Assembly (NCBI GenBank): GCA_964016885.1
Contig: CAXHJY010000975.1
Location: 1-46,533 of the forward strand
Origin: Eledone cirrhosa
Lineage: Eukaryota
Reading direction: 5' to 3'
Length of the DNA: 46,533 nt
This document shows, one piece after another, positions 14,467-29,375 of the stretch; the first letter of the stretch is position 1, and every line of letters starts with the position of its first letter. The notes beneath the pieces are model-generated. The model made no database searches. It was not told where the DNA came from and saw only the letters and a list, made by a program, of their open reading frames with translations. Both the position numbers and the translations under genes were made by a program.

Positions 14467-15063
14467 GTTAAATTACATACCATACAAGCAATAACAAATC
14501 CAAGACATTGAAGAATGAAAGGTAATAATAGACTATAGAGGATAAGAATAAAAAGTAAATAAAAATAAAAGTGAAAATAAAAATAAAAATAAAATGAAAA
14601 TAAGGGGTGCTATCTGTCACAGTTGGGCGGTGTGCTGTCAACATATAGTTACATACAAGCATACACATGGATAAGAGAACAGACAAGAGTAGACACATGG
14701 ATAAGAGAACAGACAAGAGTAGATAAGATAATGGGATTAGGTAAGAGTAGGTAAAAAATAGGTAAAAAAATAGGTAAAAAATAGGTAAAAAATAGGTAAA
14801 AAACAGACTTATAATATATATAAAAAGAAATACAAAGAAATACATAACAAACTTACATATAAAATATAAAATATAGGGTAAGGAATGAGATAAAATAATA
14901 TACAATTAAAAATTAAAAAATTATATACATAGAACATAATATAGTATAATCGTAAAATAAGATAAAATAAGGTAAACTAAAATCAAATAACAAAGACTAA
15001 ATTAAAATTAAAATCAAATGTGTAATTATAATTATATGTATAATTAAATGTAATTAAATGTAA

Positions 15064-15099
<36 letters not shown>

Positions 15100-16807
15100 A
15101 AAAATATAAAAATAATAAAATAAATAAAAATTAAAAATTAAAAATTAAAAATTAAATAAATAAATAAAATTTAAATTTAAATTTTAAAATTTTAAAATTA
15201 AAATCCAAATTTAAATATAAATAAATAAATAAATAAATAAATGGAGTCAAGTAAGTAAATAAATAAAATTAGATAACATGAAATGAAATAAAATAAAATG
15301 AAATAAAATGAAATAAAGTAAATTGAATATATCAGGGGCCCACGAAGGCACTAAATGTCACAGTTATGTGTATCACTTGACCAATTCTTCAAAATACATT
15401 TCCTGAAAACATCAGGGGCCCACGAAGGCACTAAGTGTCACAGTCACCAGTATCACTTGACCATTGCAAGGCAATGGAGGCGACCCAGGTTGGGCAGTCA
15501 CGAAAGTTCACTCGAAAGTCATGGGTGTACATTCACACAGTTGAGCGGTGGGGTAATCACAAACGGTTCACACACCAATTTTTTAAAAAATATATATTTC
15601 TTGAGAACATCAGGGGCCCACGAAGGCGCTAAGTGTCACAGTCACCAGTATCACTCGAGCGGTGGGGTAATCACAAACCGGTTCAACACAGGCAGGAGTC
15701 AAATGGTCAGAAAGGTGCATCAAAAGAGTTAGAAGAATTCACATGCAAGCGTTAGGTTAAAGCAGGCAGGTACAGTTGTAGCGCATGCAAAATACAAAAT
15801 ATAAAAGCCATTAAGTCACCGCGTTGGGACATCACAAGATTATACACATCAATATGTTCAGTACGTATATGCACGTACACACATCATATGCACATGCAGA
15901 GACGGTATACATATATATATATATATATTTTTTAATATATATACACACAGACACATATAACCACCTACACCCATACACATATAAATGTATACACGGGCAC
16001 ACACGCACACACGCACAGAGCGTAGGATACCCGGGTTAAAGTCGATATTAAATACGATATTAAATACAATATTAAATATTAAACACCGAAATACCACATT
16101 AGATCAGACCCACCACCACAGGTAATATATTCAAACAAATACATACGATGAGATGTATTAAATACAGTTGAAATCCTACGGAGATATTCATGTCTGCACG
16201 TGCCATTGACCGATTCGAGTGTACACAGACCGTTAGTAACTACGGAGGGCCATCGGGGCCAAAACGTTACTTTCGGGATCATAAAAACGACCGTCAATAT
16301 AAGGAAGGCCGATCGTGCTAGAAAGACTACAACCCCGGGTAAGAGTTCCCAGAGGTCAGCCTATAGATCTTGAACCACAGAATATGAGGGCAACACATAT
16401 ATGCGCCGCATATCCACTGCTTACGGCAGGATGGCTCGGGTCCGCCACAGTTACAGGCTAAATTTCTACTAGTGCAGCCTAAATCACAGTATACGCTTTA
16501 CATAAATACATTACATCACAACTCATGCGCATACAGAGGTACAAATCAACAAGATATACGTCAGGATAGGTCCACCAATGCACTAATGGTGGGTAGGCCA
16601 GCGTGGATGGGTTACATCCACTGTACCAAACAGGGGTGCTTATTAACATACACTCCCCTGCACACCCCAATATCAAGATCAATATCCTCCCACAGGCATA
16701 CGTATACATTCACAGACTCGTATACATAGACGACCAATATTAGGAGACAGTTACACACAGTCAGAGACAGTTACACAAGACAGCCCAACTGGAGGAATAA
16801 GGACGTG

Positions 16808-19297
16808 CTAGCTAACAGGTTTAAAGTAGAAGAAAGAGCTTAATATTCGGTGGGGGCAAGAGGAAAAAATTTCAGACTTTCTATTTAGTAGAGGGCATTT
16901 AGCAAATATAATAGAGTGGGATTCGGCAAGGCACAGGTTGCATACTCTACTATGAGGAGTATATGGATGGGACTTAGCAACCTGCCGCCAAGTAAGTGTG
17001 TAGGGTGTCCGTGCATTTTTTAAATTATGGACGCACGCTGCCAAGGAGGTGGAGTTCTTCAGTTTATTATGTCTAAAAGTGCATTGATGAGAGTTAAACC
17101 TGGTCTTAAAGGGGGTGGAAGTTGATCCTATATAGGTCATAGTGGACGCCGTAGTTACCACATCACACGCATAAACTATGTTTCTAACAAGGCAGAAACC
17201 ATTCAGGGGGCAGCCCAAAGCCCTTCTACAGTTACAACCTCTGGTGATGCTATTCTCAGAAAGATCACCACCAGTGTCACTGCCCACTCTATCCACTACC
17301 GTGTTTTCCCCTAGGCTTAGGTTGTCCAGGCCTTCCTTTATTTTCTTATTATTAGTAATGGCCAGATGAGAGGCTAGATTTTGGGTTGTAGAATATGAAA
17401 GTTTAACAACATTCTTATTGAGGATAGAGTGGTACCTATTACCAGGAGGGAAGTTCCGTTCTAGCACAGAGAAGAAGGCCCTAGGAATATTTGTAGCCAC
17501 TTCAGAATTAAAAGGGGGGTTGAAGTATGTATTCAATCTTCTTCTATTCTTTTTATTCTTTCTATTTCCATCAGTATTATTAGCATTATTATTTCTACGG
17601 TTCCTATGCTCACCTAGTCCATGCGGGGAGCTGCGAGGCCCACCATTGCTGTTACTTATACCAATGGTGCCCTGCTGGTTCATTCCACCAGCATCTAGAA
17701 ACCTCCCGTTCATGACACCCCTATTGTTATTACTTAGACTAATGGTGCCCTGCTGTTTCATTCCACCGGCATTTAGAACCCTCCGATTCGCGACACCTCG
17801 ATTACCAATGGACATATTATGTGTTATAACAACACTGGTAGAGCCACTATTACGACCATTATTTCCCTGGGTGTAATACAATTTGTCCCTAAAGCCGGAT
17901 CTAGCTAAGGCGTCGTTATAGTAATCAGCCTGCGAGTCAAACGCCTCCTCACTATGTGAGAGTGAACTTATTCTATTAGATACGCCCTTCAGTATACCGC
18001 TGATGACAGACCTAGGGTGGTTGGAGTAGGTATTCACGTAAGTCAGCAATTCATTGGGCTTATGGTACGGTGTGTACGTATGGTTATCCAGGTCCAGTGT
18101 AACATCTAGGAAGTTCACAGTTCTATCATTTACATCCATTGTAATGGATAGGTTAAAAGTTTTAAAAAATCTATGCAGCTTTTTCCTAATGCGCTCTATA
18201 TTATACTTACTAGTATCTATGGAGAGTAGGGCGTCATCTCGGTACAACCCACCCCTAAGGAAAGGGAAGTTACTATGCAGTTCATTGAGGAGGTATAGTC
18301 CAACCAAGTCAGTGACTTGAGCAGAGTCACTCGACCCCATAGTGATGTCAAAATTATCAGGTGTGTTTTTTCTCGTCCATAGATTATCCTCAAACATGAT
18401 AATGGTTTTACGTGCAGCGAGAACAATATCTATCTGTGGCCTAGTAATTGCTCCCCTCCGCATGGCTAGGATGAGGGCCTTATTGAGGATAATAGGAGAT
18501 ATAGATGTATAATAAGCATCAATATCAAATTGGATGAATTTTAGTGAGTCACGACCACAATCAGTAGAGAACCATGTAATGACCTCACTAGTGTTACCCC
18601 AAAGCTCAAGGAAAGTTTTTTCTCTAACCAGGGGAATAACGCTATCCAAGATTCCCTTACTAATAATCCCCAGGTCAGACTTGGAGGGGCAGATAAGCCT
18701 AACCGAGGGTCTGCTAATAAAATCTTCCTTGTGGTCCTTGAGGGTGAATCTAGGCTGCCTGGGGTAATAAGGCTGAGTGTGTTTATCCAGACCTAATTTT
18801 ATCACTATGTTATACCCCTCCAGATTAATATTATCTAAATTACTCTGCGTTGTTTTTTTGTAGTTCCTATGTAGTTCATTATAAATGAAGCCTCGATAGG
18901 TTTTATAATCCATACTATATAAGTTTTTAGTTTTGTCAGAGGGGACCAGAATGGATTTATTATCCTTAAAGTCCCTAACGATTGAACTTAGTTTACTCTG
19001 AAATTTATTGGTACGTCTAGATTTTTTATATCTAATATTCCTAACAAGCGATAATAGCTCACTTTCGAAGTTATCCAACAGGCTATTATGCGGGGGGCTC
19101 CTATAGGTCTTAAATCCATAATTATTAAAACTACGCCTCTCCTCAGGGCCATCATACCTCTTATCAAAGTGGAACGCACGCCACCGAACACGTTTTACGA
19201 ATGAGTTTATGCTAGTTATCAATGATTTCTCATACGAGATTTTAGGGGGGGTGGGAATATTCTTCAAGGAAATGGGTAAGTATGTCTTTGTTAGCAT
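16808..19297 (-). CDS. Intact PLE polyprotein (829 aa from ATG): RT plus C-terminal GIY-YIG endonuclease, probably Hydra clade
   Basis: N-terminal SLKNIP and SDKT; RT motifs QFDIDAYYTSI, ITMGSSDS, LYRDDAL, VNFLDVTL; Asn/Gly-rich linker; CNCRRALGC (CxCx5C); IVY...YIGST...R...H; CNLC; terminal CPH. Confidence 0.95.
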   Translation of the reverse strand: MLTKTYLPISLKNIPTPPKISYEKSLITSINSFVKRVRWRAFHFDKRYDGPEERRSFNNYGFKTYRSPPHNSLLDNFESELLSLVRNIRYKKSRRTNKFQSKLSSIVRDFKDNKSILVPSDKTKNLYSMDYKTYRGFIYNELHRNYKKTTQSNLDNINLEGYNIVIKLGLDKHTQPYYPRQPRFTLKDHKEDFISRPSVRLICPSKSDLGIISKGILDSVIPLVREKTFLELWGNTSEVITWFSTDCGRDSLKFIQFDIDAYYTSISPIILNKALILAMRRGAITRPQIDIVLAARKTIIMFEDNLWTRKNTPDNFDITMGSSDSAQVTDLVGLYLLNELHSNFPFLRGGLYRDDALLSIDTSKYNIERIRKKLHRFFKTFNLSITMDVNDRTVNFLDVTLDLDNHTYTPYHKPNELLTYVNTYSNHPRSVISGILKGVSNRISSLSHSEEAFDSQADYYNDALARSGFRDKLYYTQGNNGRNSGSTSVVITHNMSIGNRGVANRRVLNAGGMKQQGTISLSNNNRGVMNGRFLDAGGMNQQGTIGISNSNGGPRSSPHGLGEHRNRRNNNANNTDGNRKNKKNRRRLNTYFNPPFNSEVATNIPRAFFSVLERNFPPGNRYHSILNKNVVKLSYSTTQNLASHLAITNNKKIKEGLDNLSLGENTVVDRVGSDTGGDLSENSITRGCNCRRALGCPLNGFCLVRNIVYACDVVTTASTMTYIGSTSTPFKTRFNSHQCTFRHNKLKNSTSLAACVHNLKNARTPYTLTWRQVAKSHPYTPHSRVCNLCLAESHSIIFAKCPLLNRKSEIFSSCPHRILSSFFYFKPVS

Positions 19298-19503
19298 ACT
19301 GCCTGATAATATACAAGGACGCAAATCCGCGTATATCAAAGTTTAAGCTCAACCAGTGGGAGCCGTATAGTATGCTAGGGAAAGGATCAGGGGTGTATAA
19401 CACTCCACTTATCCAGCAGGCAGTATGAGGTTAGCTCAATGTCTGAGGACAGAGCCGTAATATAATAAATAAATAACAAAGAACGCTTATAGCATATGCA
19501 TAT

Positions 19504-19561
19504 CTTTACTTGCTAACATTGTTTCATCCACACTATAAGTGGGACTCATCAGAGCATAAAG
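19504..19561 (-). ncRNA. Minimal type I hammerhead ribozyme (PLE unit 4)
   Basis: Reverse complement of 23975-24032. Confidence 0.9.
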
Positions 19562-20164
19562 GTTAAATTACATACCATACAAGCAATAACAAATCCAAGA
19601 CATTGAAGAATGAAAGGTAATAATAGACTATAGAGGATAAGAATAAAAAGTAAATAAAAATAAAAGTGAAAATAAAAATAAAAATAAAAATAAAATGAAA
19701 ATAAGGGGTGCTATCTGTCACAATTGGGCGGTGTGCTGTCAACATATAGTTACATACAAGCATACACATGGATAAGAGAACAGACAAGAGTAGACACATG
19801 GATAAGAGAACAGACAAGAGTAGATAAGATAATGGGATTAGGTAAGAGTAGGTAAAAAATAGGTAAAAAAATAGGTAAAATATAGGTAAAAAATAGGTAA
19901 AAAACAGACTTATAATATATATAAAAAGAAATACAAAGAAATACATAACAAACTTACATATAAAATATAAAATATAGGGTAAGGAATGAGATAAAATAAT
20001 ATACAATTAAAAATTAAAAAATTATATACATAGAACATAATATAGTATAATCGTAAAATAAGATAAAATAAGGTAAACTAAAATCAAATAACAAAGACTA
20101 AATTAAAATTAAAATCAAATGTGTAATTATAATTATATGTATAATTAAATGTAATTAAATGTAA

Positions 20165-20200
<36 letters not shown>

Positions 20201-20318
20201 AAAAATATAAAAATAATAAAATAAATAAAAATTAAAAATTAAAAATTAAAAATTAAATAAATAAATAAAATTTAAATTTAAATTTTAAAATTTTAAAATT
20301 AAAATCCAAATTTAAATA

Positions 20319-20349
<31 letters not shown>

Positions 20350-21916
20350 ATGGAGTCAAGTAAGTAAATAAATAAAATTAGATAACATGAAATGAAATAA
20401 AATAAAATGAAATAAAATGAAATAAAGTAAATTGAATATATCAGGGGCCCACGAAGGCACTAAATGTCACAGTTATGTGTATCACTTGACCAATTCTTCA
20501 AAATACATTTCCTGAAAACATCAGGGGCCCACGAAGGCACTAAGTGTCACAGTCACCAGTATCACTTGACCATTGCAAGGCAATGGAGGCGACCCAGGTT
20601 GGGCAGTCACGAAAGTTCACTCGAAAGTCATGGGTGTACATTCACACAGTTGAGCGGTGGGGTAATCACAAACGGTTCACACACCAATTTTTTAAAAAAT
20701 ATATATTTCTTGAGAACATCAGGGGCCCACGAAGGCGCTAAGTGTCACAGTCACCAGTATCACTCGAGCGGTGGGGTAATCACAAACCGGTTCAACACAG
20801 GCAGGAGTCAAATGGTCAGAAAGGTGCATCAAAAGAGTTAGAAGAATTCACATGCAAGCGTTAGGTTAAAGCAGGCAGGTACAGTTGTAGCGCATGCAAA
20901 ATACAAAATATAAAAGCCATTAAGTCACCGCGTTGGGACATCACAAGATTATACACATCAATATGTTCAGTACGTATATGCACGTACACACATCATATGC
21001 ACATGCAGAGACGGTATACATATATATATATATATTTTTTTTAATATATATACACACAGACACATATAACCACCTACACCCATACACATATAAATGTATA
21101 CACGGGCACACACGCACACACGCACAGAGCGTAGGATACCCGGGTTAAAGTCGATATTAAATACGATATTAAATACAATATTAAATATTAAACACCGAAA
21201 TACCACATTAGATCAGACCCACCACCACAGGTAATATATTCAAACAAATACATACGATGAGATGTATTAAATACAGTTGAAATCCTACGGAGATATTCAT
21301 GTCTGCACGTGCCATTGACCGATTCGAGTGTACACAGACCGTTAGTAACTACGGAGGGCCATCGGGGCCAAAACGTTACTTTCGGGATCATAAAAACGAC
21401 CGTCAATATAAGGAAGGCCGATCGTGCTAGAAAGACTACAACCCCGGGTAAGAGTTCCCAGAGGTCAGCCTATAGATCTTGAACCACAGAATATGAGGGC
21501 AACACATATATGCGCCGCATATCCACTGCTTACGGCAGGATGGCTCGGGTCCGCCACAGTTACAGGCTAAATTTCTACTAGTGCAGCCTAAATCACAGTA
21601 TACGCTTTACATAAATACATTACATCACAACTCATGCGCATACAGAGGTACAAATCAACAAGATATACGTCAGGATAGGTCCACCAATGCACTAATGGTG
21701 GGTAGGCCAGCGTGGATGGGTTACATCCACTGTACCAAACAGGGGTGCTTATTAACATACACTCCCCTGCACACCCCAATATCAAGATCAATATCCTCCC
21801 ACAGGCATACGTATACATTCACAGACTCGTATACATAGACGACCAATATTAGGAGACAGTTACACACAGTCAGAGACAGTTACACAAGACAGCCCAACTG
21901 GAGGAATAAGGACGTG

Positions 21917-23074
21917 CTAGCTAACAGGTTTAAAGTAGAAGAAAGAGCTTAATATTCGGTGGGGGCAAGAGGAAAAAATTTCAGACTTTCTATTTAGTAG
22001 AGGGCATTTAGCAAATATAATAGAGTGGGATTCGGCAAGGCACAGGTTGCATACTCTACTATGAGGAGTATATGGATGGGACTTAGCAACCTGCCGCCAA
22101 GTAAGTGTGTAGGGTGTCCGTGCATTTTTTAAATTATGGACGCACGCTGCCAAGGAGGTGGAGTTCTTCAGTTTATTATGTCTAAAAGTGCATTGATGAG
22201 AGTTAAACCTGGTCTTAAAGGGGGTGGAAGTTGATCCTATATAGGTCATAGTGGACGCCGTAGTTACCACATCACACGCATAAACTATGTTTCTAACAAG
22301 GCAGAAACCATTCAGGGGGCAGCCCAAAGCCCTTCTACAGTTACAACCTCTGGTGATGCTATTCTCAGAAAGATCACCACCAGTGTCACTGCCCACTCTA
22401 TCCACTACCGTGTTTTCCCCTAGGCTTAGGTTGTCCAGGCCTTCCTTTATTTTCTTATTATTAGTAATGGCCAGATGAGAGGCTAGATTTTGGGTTGTAG
22501 AATATGAAAGTTTAACAACATTCTTATTGAGGATAGAGTGGTACCTATTACCAGGAGGGAAGTTCCGTTCTAGCACAGAGAAGAAGGCCCTAGGAATATT
22601 TGTAGCCACTTCAGAATTAAAAGGGGGGTTGAAGTATGTATTCAATCTTCTTCTATTCTTTTTATTCTTTCTATTTCCATCAGTATTATTAGCATTATTA
22701 TTTCTACGGTTCCTATGCTCACCTAGTCCATGCGGGGAGCTGCGAGGCCGGTTTGTGATTACCCCACCGCTCGAGTGATACTGGTGACTGTGACACTTAG
22801 CGCCTTCGTGGGCCCCTGATGTTCTCAAGAAATATATATTTTTTAAAAAATTGGTGTGTGAACCGTTTGTGATTACCCCACCGCTCAACTGTGTGAATGT
22901 ACACCCATGACTTTCGAGTGAACTTTCGTGACTGCCCAACCTGGGTCGCCTCCATTGCCTTGCAATGGTCAAGTGATACTGGTGACTGTGACACTTAGTG
23001 CCTTCGTGGGCCCCTGATATTTTCAGGAAATGTATTTTGAAGAATTGGTCAAGTGATACACATAACTGTGACAT
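21917..23074 (-). CDS. Chimeric 385-aa ORF: antisense non-coding-derived N-terminus fused in frame to the GIY-YIG half, no RT
   Basis: True ATG at 23074 inside the inverted segment; frame crosses the junction at 22748-22749 into PRSSPHGL...YIGST...CNLC. Expression is unknown. Confidence 0.5.
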   Translation of the reverse strand: MSQLCVSLDQFFKIHFLKISGAHEGTKCHSHQYHLTIARQWRRPRLGSHESSLESHGCTFTQLSGGVITNGSHTNFLKNIYFLRTSGAHEGAKCHSHQYHSSGGVITNRPRSSPHGLGEHRNRRNNNANNTDGNRKNKKNRRRLNTYFNPPFNSEVATNIPRAFFSVLERNFPPGNRYHSILNKNVVKLSYSTTQNLASHLAITNNKKIKEGLDNLSLGENTVVDRVGSDTGGDLSENSITRGCNCRRALGCPLNGFCLVRNIVYACDVVTTASTMTYIGSTSTPFKTRFNSHQCTFRHNKLKNSTSLAACVHNLKNARTPYTLTWRQVAKSHPYTPHSRVCNLCLAESHSIIFAKCPLLNRKSEIFSSCPHRILSSFFYFKPVS

Positions 23075-23188
23075 TTAGTGCCTTCGTGGGCCCCTGATAT
23101 ATTCAATTTACTTTATTTCATTTTATTTCATTTTATTTTATTTCATTTCATGTTATCTAATTTTATTTATTTACTTACTTGACTCCAT

Positions 23189-23223
<35 letters not shown>

Positions 23224-23341
23224 TATTTAAATTTGGATTTTAATTTTAAAATTTTAAAATTTAAATTTAAATTTTATTTATTTATTTAATTTTTAATTTT
23301 TAATTTTTAATTTTTATTTATTTTATTATTTTTATATTTTT

Positions 23342-23377
<36 letters not shown>

Positions 23378-24170
23378 TTACATTTAATTACATTTAATTA
23401 TACATATAATTATAATTACACATTTGATTTTAATTTTAATTTAGTCTTTGTTATTTGATTTTAGTTTACCTTATTTTATCTTATTTTACGATTATACTAT
23501 ATTATGTTCTATGTATATAATTTTTTAATTTTTAATTGTATATTATTTTATCTCATTCCTTACCCTATATTTTATATTTTATATGTAAGTTTGTTATGTA
23601 TTTCTTTGTATTTCTTTTTATATATATTATAAGTCTGTTTTTTACCTATTTTTTACCTATTTTTTACCTATTTTTTTACCTATTTTTTACCTACTCTTAC
23701 CTAATCCCATTATCTTATCTACTCTTGTCTGTTCTCTTATCCATGTGTCTACTCTTGTCTGTTCTCTTATCCATGTGTATGCTTGTATGTAACTATATGT
23801 TGACAGCACACCGCCCAACTGTGACAGATAGCACCCCTTATTTTCATTTTATTTTTATTTTTATTTTCACTTTTATTTTTATTTACTTTTTATTCTTATC
23901 CTCTATAGTCTATTATTACCTTTCATTCTTCAATGTCTTGGATTTGTTATTGCTTGTATGGTATGTAATTTAACCTTTATGCTCTGATGAGTCCCACTTA
24001 TAGTGTGGATGAAACAATGTTAGCAAGTAAAGATATGCATATGCTATAAGCGTTCTTTGTTATTTATTTATTATATTACGGCTCTGTCCTCAGACATTGA
24101 GCTAACCTCATACTGCCTGCTGGATAAGTGGAGTGTTATACACCCCTGATCCTTTCCCTAGCATACTATA
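22748..24170 (+). mobile_element. Inverted pseudo-LTR segment ending the PLE array
   Basis: Reverse complement of ~19366-20790; joined through a CC microhomology (GCGAGG-CC-GGTTT); ends at GCATACTATA in (TA)n. Confidence 0.93.
23975..24032 (+). ncRNA. Minimal type I hammerhead ribozyme (inverted segment)
   Basis: Stem I CTTTATGCT/AGCA(AG)TAAAG; CTGATGA 23984-23990; stem II GTCC-CAC-ttata-GTG-t-GGAT; GAAA 24011-24014; C-AAT-G mini stem III; GTT triplet with predicted cut after 24021. Confidence 0.9.
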
Positions 24171-27720
<3,550 letters not shown>

Positions 27721-27915
27721 TGGTACGACATATGGTACGGCCACATCATGGTACGACAACCAGAGATATCAGAGTGTCATGTTTGTGGACACCACCCGGA
27801 GGGAAATTAGCTAACCAGTGTAGAAAGGCCCTGAGAAAGACCCACTTAAAAACCTATATATTTGCTAGCATAGGTATGCATCTGTAAATATATGTTAGTA
27901 GACATAGTAATTCTT

Positions 27916-27947
<32 letters not shown>

Positions 27948-28249
27948 TATATATATAAATATACATATATATACATATATATATATACATATATATTTAT
28001 ACATATATATATACACAGCTTGTGCCCTTCCTATCTACGGTTAGCTTTCCTCTTTGTTGTTATTGTCTCACTCGCTTTACGCGTTTTAATTGTCCTAATA
28101 ACTTAATTTAGTTATTATTGCACCAACGTGAGGTATGTGATTTTTAATGCAATGAAATATCTATGATCGTTGGCAAATCACTGATGAGGGACTCATTTTA
28201 TAACATGTTATCCATGTGCAACCTGCAGTATTCTTCTCCCCATTTTTTC

Positions 28250-28673
28250 ATATATGTACATATAAATATATACACATATATATATACATATATATATATA
28301 TACACATATATATATACACATATATATGTATACACATATATATATATATACACATATATATATATACACATATATATATACACATATATATATATACACA
28401 TATATATATATACACACATATATATATACACATATATATATATACACATATATATATACACATATATATATATACACATATATATATATACACATATATA
28501 TATATACACATATATATACACATATATATATATACACATATATATATACACATATATATATACACATATATATATATACACATATATATATATACATATA
28601 CATATATACACATATATATATACACATATATATATATACACATATATATATATACACATATATATATATACAT

Positions 28674-28720
<47 letters not shown>

Positions 28721-28747
28721 TATATACATATATATATATATATACAC

Positions 28748-28828
<81 letters not shown>

Positions 28829-28829
28829 C

Positions 28830-28908
<79 letters not shown>

Positions 28909-28987
28909 CATATATACATATACATATACATATATATATACATATACATATATATATATATATACATATATACATATACACATATAC

Positions 28988-29054
<67 letters not shown>

Positions 29055-29375
29055 CACATATATATATACATATATATATATATACACATATATATACATA
29101 TATACACATATATATATATACATATATATATACACATATATATATATACATATATATATATACACATATATATATACACATATATATATACACATATATA
29201 TATACACATATATATATACACATATATATATATACATATATATATATATTCATATATATATATATATTCATATATATATATATATATTCATATATATATA
29301 TATATATATATACATACATATATATATATATATATATACATACATATATATATATATATATTCATACATATATAT
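28250..29375. repeat. Interrupted (TA)n microsatellite (TACACA variant, then TATTCA variant at the right end)
   Basis: Direct reading. Confidence 0.95.

Larger units (their letters stand above)
4158..24170 (-). mobile_element. Tandem array of a Penelope-like retroelement: units ~4158-9261, 9262-14364, 14365-19459, partial 19460-22749, then an inverted terminal segment
   Basis: Marker ACGCTTATAG recurs at 4181, 9285, 14388 and 19483 (periods 5104, 5103, 5095). Each full unit has an RT-GIY-YIG ORF, ~2.6 kb non-coding DNA and one HHR. Both outer ends abut (TA)n. Confidence 0.95.

Noticed and set aside
28181-28235. CTGATGA suggesting another hammerhead
   Set aside because: No downstream GAAA and no stem I partner found.
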